64,000 nt of DNA from Marsupella aquatica (lineage: Eukaryota; Plantae; Marchantiophyta). Numbering within the stretch: the first letter of the stretch is position 1; each line of letters begins with the position of its first letter. Made by a program: the position numbers and the translations under genes. Where the stretch lies: contig OZ316898.1 of assembly GCA_973895155.1 (NCBI GenBank), positions 7,799,079 to 7,863,078 of the forward strand. The letters are read 5' to 3'. The notes under the pieces are model-generated. The model ran no database searches and had not been told where the DNA came from. It was given only the letters and a program-made list of their open reading frames with translations. Positions 23,358 to 35,523 of the stretch are shown in pieces.

Positions 23358-25259
23358 TTGACTTGTGTATGGTTGAAAACGAGCCTGAATGCTCATTCTT
23401 TGCATATTAATAGAAATGATGACAATAATAGTGCATGATATCATTTTGACATACATGACATATAGCATCTGGTAGTTCTTTCCATCCACATATATTTTGG
23501 TGGGGCCCTAGAGTCAAGGTCCAAACTTCACTCTAGAAGCCCTGGTATAACCCTAGACCCCAACCCTAGCTTCTCATTGCATTCTATCAGTAAGATGGAT
23601 AAACCACATCCAGAACAGCAAAGCTTATAATTATAAGTCAAACATCAGGACCCTACTTGAATTGAAGCAGCCATGGTATTCTCAAGCATCATGCACACCA
23701 TTTCTAAGACGGCTATGGTTGCTGCTCCCCCTCATGTGTTCCCAATTTCAGTTGACACTGGTGCCCATCAAATTCCTACATGTACACTACCAATCGCCTA
23801 AATTTCAAACCGATGTACATGCCAGACTTGTTCTAGTACTTGCAGAACATCTCCTTATTGTACATACTTTCCTGGAAGTTTTTGGAAATTTAACTGAGGT
23901 GACAAGTTGATGATCTCCAAATTCCATCATTAGTGCCCAAGCTGGTGGTGCAAAATTGGTCAACCCCACATGCTCTCTACGGCCATCAAGATAGTCAACT
24001 CTTGGACAGTTAATTAAGACTCCATAAACTGCCAGGAAAAAACCTTGCTTTGTTTATTGCAATGTTAGTTTTTGTGTATACATTTTGCAGGGGCACTGTG
24101 CAGAGAAGTGATGTGTCTCAAAGGTTGTCACATCAAAAGCCAGGACCTTTGAGGACTTTGCCCTCGGAGTTCTGCTCAACAGGCAGTCAAGCCTGGCGAG
24201 CTAATGAGGCGGCTCATGCATGAATTTCGCTTGTACTACTACCCTGCCAGACCATCAGTCGAGGGCTACTGAGAGTTAGGGGATGCAATTTGGGTGATGA
24301 TGGCCAACATGTTAATAGGGAATCCAAGCACAACATTGCCAACAAGAGGGAGTACTTTTTTTTATTTCTAAATCTTTTTAAGAATATATATATTCAAAGT
24401 TTTCCAAGAGTTTCAATTTTATGTAGTAATACTTAGTACTTTTCATTGCAGGCAGGGTGGGCAGGCATTGGGCAGACATTTTATGAAGGGTCAGGATTAG
24501 CTTGACTTTTTTCTCATTTTGTAAAGCAGATGCCGCAACCTTTGTGGCGACATAGGATACTATAGTGTTTGACCTCAAAGACAGCTTCCTGCATTGCCCA
24601 ATTACATAGCGCCACGCATTCCCCTGGTGCCCAACAGGATCCTCCAGGTTCCATGGAGTTGAGACGGCTAGGTGGCCAAGGGCCCTGTCAATAGAGGATT
24701 GGAGTTTGGAGAATGCCCACTCAAGAGTGTCAATGACTTCAACAAATTCCTACTGTAGCTTTGAGATGCAAATCTGGATCATTTCAACGAATCACTCGCA
24801 CGAGAATTGGAGTTGCGAGCTTTTTGACGAGAAACTGTATGATTTGAACAAATTTCTAGGACTGGAGTTGTGTAGTTCCAATCGGTTGGTTCCCACAATA
24901 CCTTTAAAAGTACGCGGTTATGCCGTAAAAAGAAAGATCACTGGGCAATACTTTCTGGGCACAGGGTTATGGAAATGGTGGCACCCATAGAAAAGGTTAC
25001 AACCTTTCTTCATGTTATGAAAATGGTGTAAAAGATTAGACACTAGGTTACAAAAAGATTATACACTAGGTTACACACCGGTAACCTTTGTTACACACCT
25101 GTAACCTTTGTTGATGACAGGAATTAAACTCCCAGAAGCATCAAGTGAGCTTCCCGATGGGGGACTTTTCATCCCACATGCACTGTTCATAACCAGTTCG
25201 CCCCGTCACCCGTGACTCGTCGACGGAAATTGTCTTTCGCAAGGCAACTTCACTAGTCC

Positions 25260-25674
25260 GTGCGTGTGATAGGGGAGGCTCGTTCAGCAAGAGGGGAACT
25301 CCGTTGGAACGCTTTTCTCACTTTGCAGAGAATTTGGAGAGTAGGTTTTTGTGCGTGTGACAGGGGAGGCTCGTTGAGCAAGAGGGGAACTCCGTTGGAA
25401 CGCTTTTCTCACTTTGCAGAGAATTTGGAGAGTAGGGTTTTGCGTCAATTTGAACTGAGTGCGTGTGACAGGGGAGGCTCGTTGAGCAAGAGGGGAACTC
25501 CGTTGGAATGTTTTTCTCACTTTGCAGAGAATTTGGAGAGTAGGTTTTTGCGTCAATTTGAACTGAGTGCGTGTGACAGGGGAGGCTCGCTGAGCAAGAG
25601 GGGAACTTCGTTGGATCGTTTTTCTCACTTTGCAGAGAATTTGGAGAGTAGGTTGTTGCGTCAATTTGAACTGA
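25260..25674 (+). repeat. 108-bp tandem repeat (about 3.8 copies) in the TFIIB promoter / 5' UTR
   Basis: Units start at 25260 (91 bp), 25351, 25459 and 25567 and are nearly identical. A GA-rich tract follows, then the ATG at 25821. Confidence 0.92.
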
Positions 25675-25820
25675 GTCAGAGAGAGATAGAGAGCGAGAGA
25701 GATGGCGGAGAAATAGGCGGCGTGAAGCAAGCCGACGGAGACGACACCGTTGCTTTCTTCTTCTTGTGAAGGAAAGTGTAGGGAAGCGAAGTGAAGCAAA
25801 GCGGGTGATAAAATCGGAAG

Positions 25821-28621
25821 ATGAATAAGGTGGTGTGCCCAGAATGTCACAGGGCAACAGAGGTAGTGGTCGATCATGCGGCAGGGGACATGGTGTGCTC
25901 GGAGTGTGGACTGGTCCTGGAGGCCCATTCGATAGACGAGACCTCTGAATGGCGAACGTTCTCCAACGAGTCATCGTCTAACGACCCCGTCCGTGTTGGA
26001 GGGCCCTCCAATCCTCTCCTCACTGACGGCGGAATGTCCACAATCATCACTAAACCAAATGGGGCTCAGGGAGATTTCATGTCGTCGCTGGGCCGTTGGC
26101 AGAACCGGGGCTCCAATCCCGATCGGTCTCTCATCATCGCGTTCCGCACAATTGCCACCATGGCTGATCGGTGAGTTTGTTGCGCTTTAATCTTCTTCCA
26201 ATACCGTCCGGTAGACTTCGAGGCTGTTTTGTCATCTAATGTACCTCCAGCTAGTTTAGTTGGTTTTGGTAGAATGTGAGGCCCTTAAACACCGCAATCT
26301 GCCTTTCACAGGGGTCCACTTTACTTCTGCAACCCCTAGAATATTGGTCAAGTTGGCATATCTCTATTTGCAAGACGTCCTGTGGTAAAGGGGTTGCAAG
26401 AGCGATATGATGTTCTCTGTGTCCCTTGTCCTGATGTATTGTGACGCAATTGTCCTCTCCAGGATGTAAAGATTCTTCTTTTGTCTAATCTGTGTAGGCA
26501 TTGTTCTTGTCTTTAAAGAACGTTTAGATGTGCCCACTTTTGTCCTCCTCCTAGCTATAAATGGAAATGCGGATTTCTGATGTTGTTCTTCGTGTTTATG
26601 TATTATGTTGATGTTGGCAGGTTGGGGCTCGTCTCCACCATCAAGGTGTGTATCAGTCTCTAATCAGTGCTATCTAGGACGTCCAAGTTTATTTCTCAAC
26701 TTTGATCTGTCGAGTCGAATTTGTCAGAAAAACTGTGGTGTGTTTCAAATTATAAATGGGAATTCTAGAGGGACACATGAAAGCTACAGTAGTATTTCGC
26801 ATGAACTGGAGACCTGTTTAATATTGTTGTATGAATGCATTATTAGAGTCGTTGTCAGATGGTTCAATAGTAATACTGAATGTTTTGCTACAGTTTTTTC
26901 CGGACACAAACCTGGTCTCTACTTGTCTGTTTGTTATATTGCATTCGCGTACAGGTAATGTTGTGAGTCATCGAAAATAGTGTGCTATTAGGCCTACTGT
27001 CAACCTAGAATTTGCCATGGTCTGTCATGTGCTCTTCGACTCCTGATTTACCCCAACGTGTCAGAAGGAAAGGATGAGTCATACTGGATGCCTAAGTTTG
27101 TATTAATTCTGTGCAACGCACGTCTTGACCAGGTGAGGTGTTAACCCTTTGCAACAGAGATGTGCTAAATGCACTCCTGCCTCTTTGTTGTGAAGGATCG
27201 GGCTAATGAGATCTACAAGAAGGTGGAGGATTTGAAGTCCATCAGGGGCAGGAGCCAAGATGCCATTCTGGCTGCTTGTCTCTACATTGCTTGCAGGCAG
27301 GAGGACAAACCGCGTACTTTTAAAGGTATTGTGGGAACCAACTTCTTTGCAACGAATTCTAAGTAGCATGAAGATGTAAGACCGATCGGGATGCGGAAGG
27401 CATTGGTCATATAATTTTGGCGCTGAGAAGCAATCATAACTGGCACGATGCTAATAGAGATATTCCGTCTCCTCCTGAGAACATCAAGTCTCAGTAGCTT
27501 GCCTCTCTCGAGCTAAATACACTATTTGGCGTGGCGGTTCCTTTGTCATAGTCCGGCGCAAAGTAATACTCTGATTAATAATGTTATCCCACTGCAGAAA
27601 TATGCTCCGTAGCAAATGGCGCTTCTAAAAAAGAGATTGGTCGTGCCACAAAGTTCATTGTCAAGCAATTGGAAGAGGAAATGGGAATGTCCATGGAGAT
27701 GGGCACAATCCACGCTGGTGACTTTTTGGTAGGTTGCCTACAGAGCCTTTTCCATAGGTTTTCTTTATCACGTGCTACATTCGTCATTACTGCCATGTTC
27801 TCGTGTCCTCTTTCATCCAACTACATGGTAAGATTTAAGTGGATGTACAATCAGTCTCCTTCGTGGTATATCTAGCACATCTATATATATAGCACATCTA
27901 AGCTTTGGTTGATATGCACAGAGGCGATTCTGCTCACATCTAGGAATGACCAACAATGCCGTGAGAGCTGCTACCGATGCTGTGAAACGATCAGAACAAC
28001 TGGATATTCGGTAAGGATACGTCCCCAGTCTTTAATGCGTTCAGGGAACGGAACTTATATATGCTGGTTAGTTCCCTTGTTCCATTAAGTAAATTTACAT
28101 AAACTACTCTAAAGTGACCGAACTGGGGTACGTTTTGATCGCCAAATTGACTGACATCCACTATTTGTATTCACTGTTATGCAGGAAAAGTCCCATTTCA
28201 ATTGCTGCAGCTGCAATTTACATGATATCTCAGCTTTCAGACGATAAAAAACAACTCAAAGGTCTGTGTCCCCGGTTTTATTTGGGAAATATGTATCTTC
28301 ATGTGCAAAGAACGAATTTGAATGCCCTCACCTCTACAGTCGACACTCTCTACGTGCACAGTCGCAGGAAGACGATGTCCTGTGATTGGTTCACCATGTT
28401 GTGCGGGATTTTCTCTTCAATTTCTCGACTGCAGATAAGGATGTGGTGTCTTTCAAGGCATGTTCTAAACGCTGTTTTCTTTTCCAGATATTTCTCAGGT
28501 TGCTGGTGTTGCCGAGGTCACAATCCGGAACTCATACAAAGATCTCTATCCCCATGCTGCAAAGCTTATCCCCGAATGGTTTGCAAAGGAAGAGGATCTT
28601 AAACAATTATGTGCCCCCTGA
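25821..28621 (+). CDS. TFIIB: Transcription initiation factor IIB, 7 exons
   Basis: Exons 25821-26170, 26621-26645, 27196-27325, 27598-27728, 27922-28010, 28185-28261 and 28488-28621. Zn ribbon CPEC...CSECG, B-reader DETSEWRTF...DPVRVG, cyclin repeats [20 protein letters not shown] and [28 protein letters not shown]. Confidence 0.97.
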
Positions 28622-29642
28622 GACATGCGATGTTAAACCGAGCATCTTGCTTCTGTTTAGGGGGCATGCTATTGTTATGTTTGCTGGGCGAATTGTTATA
28701 GTCTCCAAAATTCTTCCCTTTTTGGGTTTTGGAGAAGAAATCACATTGGGCAATTTTGATTATCATGATTTGGAGAAGACGACATAATGCTATCAAATTC
28801 CACCATTCACCTGAATCTTCTCGTGCTCAAAGTCGTCGAGGTGGTGGCCGGATAATAATACGCACTACCAGTCAGTAGAGCTTTGAGTTGCAGGCCTTAG
28901 AGAGTTAATGATCCTTAGAGAGAAAAGCAGATCTGGGGATATGCTCATTCTGCTCTCAAATTGTCTTGATCCCTTCGGATTCTTCTGTATTGCTTTCCCG
29001 TACCTCAAGAGGTATTAACCTTTTACAAGAGTCTCAAACATGCATCAATCGTTCTTTCTCAAATTCATGTCAAACATTGAGTTCGGGTGACTCGTTCCAA
29101 GTTCTGCAGTATGGATGCTCTTTTTTAACAATTCCTTTTGTGCCTTCCAACAATTCACTCCACAGTACTTCCTCATCCAAAATTTTGGCTTAGGTTGTTT
29201 ACAAGGAAAATAATAAGATCTGCCCAAAGAGGGGAGTAACCACACCAAAGCAAAAGTAGAACATTGATGTAGACTATTAGTGCTCCACAATTGTTTCTTT
29301 CCCTCCACACTTAAACCCTAAACATCACCCACTAAGAAATCCTCCCATAGACAAAGGCTGTTTGGAAACACTTGGATGGATGACGAGCCCCTATAGACAC
29401 AAAGGTTGGCTCTAGAGATTTGGATGGACTTCACCGGCTGAAATAAAGGCTCATCAACACAAAGGTGGATTTGAGAGACTCCCATGAACATGAGACATAC
29501 CCTTGCTCTACCCCACACTTCCCATCATAGGACCCTCGTACCCTAGAAGTGGTTTTTTGGTTGATTAATGCAAAATATGAACTATATTAGGATGCACTTT
29601 GTGCTGTTGGGTAATTACTCTTACGTCTAGGTTAGGTATGAC

Positions 29643-29801
29643 GTGGTTGGTACAACAACGTGGGTTGGTACAACTATGTGGTTAGGTACAACTACGTGAT
29701 TAGGTACAACTATGTGATTAGGTACAACTACGTGATTAGGTACAACTATGTGGTTAGGTACAACTACGTGATTAGGTACAACTATGTGGTTAGGTACAAC
29801 T
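29643..29801 (+). repeat. 18-bp tandem array (about 9 copies) in the U3 of the Copia-B LTR, repeated at about 35753-35911
   Basis: Unit GTG(G/A)TTAGGTACAACTA(C/T). Confidence 0.93.
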
Positions 29802-31215
29802 AAGTTGCACACTATATCATAAGAGGCATGTGTGCTTGGAGAGGTAGAACCAAGGCTCATTGTTATGGAGCCACTTGAGAGATAGGGAGAGCTTACACTG
29901 TGGAGACTCGGTATAGCCGACGGGCTTAGAGTTCAGTAAAGCTCTCTTGTGTGTTCCCGTGGACGTAGCCTCAAGGAGGTGAACCACGTATCTCTTGTGT
30001 CGACTATTGTGCGTTGGATGGTTCATGGGCTTGCCGTTGCGATCGTCGTCTATGCTCAACAATTGGTATCAGAGCATGCTTGGGAGGTGACGTGTGTTCG
30101 TGACGGGATTTCATGACGGTTTTTCCAGCGTTGAGTGTTGGTGGATTTTCCAGAGTTTCATCGCATGGAACTTGGAGTTTATGGGCTCAACGGATAGATC
30201 AGGGCAAGAGCTTTCTAACGGTGTGAAGAAATCGTTGAACGGAGCTCGTGGTGCAGAGAGATCTAAGTTTTCGTCATTCTGGATTTTGTGAAGAAAGTTG
30301 GCAATCGACTCGGAGGGAGAAGCGTCAAGTGTTTTGACTCAACGGAGAGATTGAGGCAAGACGATTGTTTTTGAGTCCGGGATTGGCTCTTTGATGCAAA
30401 GAGGAAGGCTAAGCAAAATCAATTACCTTGTTGGACTTGGTGACGGCACCAAGTGCAATTGATCAACATTCGTTGTTGACAAGGTACCATTTTTTTCTCT
30501 TTGAAAAACTGATTCGAAATTGGCTATGGCAATTGAGAGAAATCTGTCATCTTTACCAATTTTTTTCTCCCTCGTTCTTTCCTCGTTTTGGGTGCTTCTT
30601 ATATCGATCTTCATCGCCTCGGAGTCTAGTTTCCAAATCTGAAATCGGATCTTGATTTCGTCAAAACCCGAGTGAGATATCTTGTGTTTGGTGTCGAGGG
30701 GTACATTCTGCCGTGTGTATTTTCTGCGCACGCGACCAGATTTCGACGACGAAGGGTGGTAGGGGGTTTTGGGGGTTCGAGGACACATGTCAGCCCCTCG
30801 ATTGTTCTTCCAAAATTCCCACAGGGCCTGTACAAGGGTCATAGAATATTCCAAAAAACCAGAGAGCTATTTTTTGACCGTCCGACAAAGATTTCATCCG
30901 CCGAACGATAACTTTTTTGGTTATTTTTCGGCGAGGTCGTAGCCATTGAAGTTGGCAATGCAGCGCACCAATCACATCGCAATTCCGACAACGGGTTGTA
31001 CTTGGTATTTCGGTTATTCCCTGAGGTGGTCAAAACGGGGGAGTTTCCCAAGGTTTTACCCACCTCGACCGAAATTTGAATAACTTTTCCGTCAAATTTC
31101 GATTTTGATTTTGGTTTTCAGTATTGGACTCCTAGCTTTGTGGGCTACGCGGCGGTGTTGAGTTTCGAGTTTTTTGAGAAGTTGTGAAAAACAACATTTT
31201 TTGTGACTTTCTCAT

Positions 31216-34200
31216 ATGAGTGATTCGGAGGAGTTTTTCGAAGACGTGGAACTTGAAGCACGAGGATCACCGCGGAGGTTTCAGGGGCAGAGAGAGGAGC
31301 AGGAGGAAGAGCACGTGACACCGATACCATCACCGGTGCGGCGTGTGGTGGAGGAAGCAGTACTACTACCGGAGCTCACGGTAAAGAAGAAGATGGGGAC
31401 TTTCAAGCTTGGGGGACCCAAGTATGAAGTGACAAAGTATGATGGGCGCTCTGACTACTTGCTATGGGAGAAGCAGGTGAAGGGAGTGCTTTATGCGTCA
31501 GGGATGGGCCAACTGCTGAGCCCTCGTGAAGACGATGTTGATGAGAAATAATGGGACCGCATGCAGGAGCAGGGAGTGTGGTGTGTTACACTCTATCTCA
31601 TGCCTCCCATCATCAAGCAGTTAGGTGCACATAAGGATTGCATGTCCTTGTTTGCGGAATTACAGAGCAAGTATCACCGCAAGGAGTTGTCGAACCGGCT
31701 CTACACTTCCTACAAACTGATGAGTTTCAGGATGAAGGAATCTGGTACGAAGTTGCAAGACCATGTGGATGCTTTCAACGACATGGTCGTTGACTTGGAA
31801 AACCTTGGGGAGACTTTGAATGATGAGACGAAGGCTCTGCAGCTTCTTAGTTCATTGCCTCCATCTTACCAGTCCCTATCACGAGTGTTGTTGCATCGTG
31901 ATAGGGATACCATTTCATACAATGACGTGGTAAGTTCTCTGCTTAGTGATGATCTTCAGCAGAAGATGCACATCACGTCACAGCCTTCATCATCTGGTGC
32001 TGCCCTCAATGTTAACCGTGGGAGGAGTATGCAGCGACCAACTGGGGACCGTAGAACCCAGTTTAGATCTAAATCCAGATCTAAGTCCAAGGGTAAATCC
32101 CCTCAGAGGAGGCAGGTGACATGTTGGAAGTGCAACCAAGTTGGACACTTCAAGCGAGACTGTAAGGGAAAGGCAGCGGAAACTTCATCGGCAAATGTGG
32201 CTAGGGCTGATGGAGAAGCTGATTTACTCAATGATGAGTATGTTTTATGAAGCCGGGGGTATGCCCTGTGCACGTCATCTAGGAGAGCAGATGATGTGTG
32301 GATTCTTGATTGTGCTTGCTCTTTTCATATTTGTTACATTCGTGAGTTTTTCAGTTCTTACTCTGTTTCAAACGGTTCAGTTCTGATGGGAAATGATCAC
32401 TCCTGTCAAATTGAGGGAATTGGGTCTGTGAAGATTCAAATGTTTGATGGCGCTGTGCGCACAGTGTCCGGAGTCAGGTATGTACCTGGCATGCGTAAGA
32501 ATCTGATTTCACTCGGTGTGTTGGATTCAAATGGTCATCAATGGAGCGTTATTGATGGTGAACTTCAAGTCAGGTCGGGAGAGACAGTGATTTTGAAGGG
32601 GAGTAGACAAAAGAATTTGTATGTGTTACAGGGCAATACTGTATGTGGAGAGGCCAATGTAACCAAGTCTCACGAGGAGATGACTCAACTGTGGCATTCA
32701 CGGCTAGGCCACATGAGTGAGAAGGGTTTGGCTATCTTACGGAAGAATGGACTCATTTCTGATTTGCAATCTTGTAAATTAGAGTTTTGTGAGCATTGCA
32801 TTCTTGGAAAGCAGCATCGTCGTGCTTTTGGTGTTGGAACTCATCGTTCCAAAGCGGTTCTTGAGTACATACATAGTGACGTGTGGGGTCCATCCCCGAC
32901 TCCCTCACACTCTGGAAAGTTGTACTATGTATCATTTATTGATGATTACTCAAGATTTGTGTGGATTTATTTCATGACGCATAAGTCTGATGTCTTGTCC
33001 ATTTTTAAGAAGTGGAAGGCCCAGGTGGAGAATCAGACTGGAAACACGATCAAGTGTTTGGATACAAGGGTGAAGAGTCTGAGGTCAGACAACGGCGGGG
33101 AGTACACTTCAATGGAATTTGAAGAGTACTGTTCAGAACAGGGGATAACTCGCCATCTCACCACAGTTTATACTCCGCAGCAGAATGGTGTCGCTGAGAG
33201 GCTCAATCAGACACTGTTGGAGCGGTCACGGAGTATGTTGAGCCAATCAGGTTTACCACAAGAATTTTGGGCAGAAGCTGTCAATACCGCAGCTTATTTG
33301 GTAAATCTTTCTCCTTCTAGTGCTATCAATTTCAAAACGCCGTTTGAGATGCGCTATAAGCGGCAAGCAGACTATCATGGCTTGGTAATTTTTGGAAGTG
33401 ATGCATATGCTCTCACACCAAAGCAGAATAGGACCAAGTTGGATCCTACCTCCAGGAAATGTGTTTTTCTTGGGTACCAGAGTGGTGTGAAAGCCTATAG
33501 GCTATGGGATCCTATTGCCTGTAAGCTCGTTGTCAGTAGGGATGTTTCCTTCAATGAATCCAGATTATTGAAGGAGGGGGAGAATACTCAGGTCTCCCGT
33601 ACTGACAAAGGAAAATCTCCTATCCCGGATCTCGTTGAGGGGGAGATTGGTTATGAGGTGCATGACCGGAGAGAAGGAGTTGCTCCAATTATGGAGCTGG
33701 TTCCTGTGCCAGAGGAACCAGAGGAGTTTGTTAATGCTGGTGAGCAACAAGTGGATGCTGTTGAGCTTCAAATTGTACCAGCACACGCAGATCAACCGGA
33801 GTCATCGGCTAGAAGAACATCTGGTCGCACTGTACGCGCTCCATCAAGGTATGGACAGTGGGTTGATTCATCTCAACTGCAAGAGGATGATTTTACAGCT
33901 GATGATGAGGGTGATGCGTTAATTTTGGAAGAAGGAGAACCTTCTTCATTTCATGAGGCAAGTGCTTCAAAAGAGAAGCAGAAGTGGACTGCAGCAATGC
34001 AAACGGAGATGCAGTCACTAAAGGACAACAAAACTTGGGAGCTTGTTAAGCTGCCTAAGGGTCAGCAAGTGGTGGACAGCAAGTGGATTTACAAGCTGAA
34101 GGATAATTCCATAGGAGGTGGATCGAAGGTCTACAAGGCTAGATTGGTAGCAAAGGGATTCACACAAGAGAAATGTGTGGATTACAATGAGGTCTTCTCA

Positions 34201-35523
34201 CCAGTTGCTAAGTACTCTACAATACGACTATTGTGTGTACTTGTTGTAATGTTTGGTCTGCTCCTAGATCAGATGGATGTTGTCACAGCTTTCCTCTCTG
34301 GCACATTGGAAGAGGTGATCTTCATGAGACAACCGCTAGGTTTTGTGAAGAGAGGACAGGAGGAATTGGTTTGCAGATTGCTGAAATCCTTGTATGGGTT
34401 GAAGTAGTCACCAAGACAGTGGAACAAGCGGTTTGACGATTGGATTCGGTCACAAGGTTTTCACAGAAGTGTATTTGACCCTTGTGTGTATTTGAAACCG
34501 GTGAAGAATGTTGTCTTTGGGTTCATTGTTTTAGTACTTTATGTGGATGACATGCTAATTGCAGCCAAGGATAGGTCTGAGATTGTTAAGCTCAAGGTAC
34601 TGCTTAGTGCAGAGTTTAAGATGAAGGACTTAGGGCCAGCTAAGAGGATTTTGGGTATGGAGATCACTAGGGACTTGGAGGCTGGCAAGCTATGGTTGAC
34701 GCAGAGCAGTTATGCAAGGAAGGTAATTGCAAGGTTCAACATGGAGAATAGCAAGCCAGTAAGTACCCCGTTGGCTCCACACTTCAAGTTATCATCAGCG
34801 TTCTGTCCTACGGATGACACAGAGAAGGGGTTGATGTCAAAGGTTCCATATGACAAGGCAGTGGGGAGTCTCATGTATTTGATGACTTGCACTAGACCTG
34901 ATCTTGCCATGGCTATGGGCAAGGTGAGCAGGTACATGTCGAATCCAGGGAAGGTACACTGGGAAGCAGTGAAGTGGATTATCAGGTACTTGAAGGGTAC
35001 CGTGGATCATGGTCTTTTATTTGATGCGAATGCAAAGAATGCTAGATCATTGATTGGCTATGTAGATTCTGACTATGGACAAGATTTGGACCGAAGGAGA
35101 TCAACAACAGGATACGTGTTCACACTTGGCGGTGGATGCATAAGTTGGAGGTCTACTTTGTAGAAGTGTATTGCTCAGTCTACTACAGAAGCGGAGTATG
35201 TTGCAGCTGCGGAAGCAGCAAAGGAAGCGATTTGGTTGGATAGACTTATCACTGAAATGGGATTGCCACAGGGGAATGTGAAGCTCCATTGTGATAGTCA
35301 AAGTGCGCTCCACCTTGCTGTGAACCAGGTGATGGACAGCAGAGTGAAGCACATTGACGTCAGGTACCATTTTATCAGGCAGGCTGTGTCTGATAATTTG
35401 TTTGAGCTAGTCAAGATTGATGGTAAACTCAACCCGGCTGACGCATTTACCAAAGTGATTCCTTTGGAGAGTTTCTCTAGACACCGTGACGTATTGCAGG
35501 TTTTGCAATTGCATCACAAGTAG
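31216..35523 (+). pseudogene. Copia-B gag-pol in a single reading frame with four in-frame stops
   Basis: All segments are in frame +1. Stops: TAA 31549, TGA 32248 (gag/pol boundary), TAG 34405 (LK*SPRQW) and TAG 35161 (TL*KCI). Motifs: CWKCNQVGHFKRDC, WILDCACSFH, HSRLGH/CEHC, LRSDNGGEY, QQNGVAER, LYVDDML, SRVKHIDVRYHF. Confidence 0.95.

Noticed and set aside
23650-24350. Possible degraded transposase remnant
   Set aside because: Too many stops and no diagnostic motif.
24962-25197. Possible MITE with GGTTACA/TGTAACC internal repeats
   Set aside because: TIR match is weak and there is no TSD.
25260-25974. Long repetitive ORFs on both strands upstream of TFIIB
   Set aside because: By-products of a 108-bp (multiple of 3) tandem repeat and of antisense to TFIIB exon 1.
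29627-29860. ORFs with VVPNH repeats (also 35737-35970), and the 18-bp array as a CRISPR-like locus
   Set aside because: These are translations of the 18-bp LTR tandem repeat. There are no unique spacers and the context is eukaryotic.
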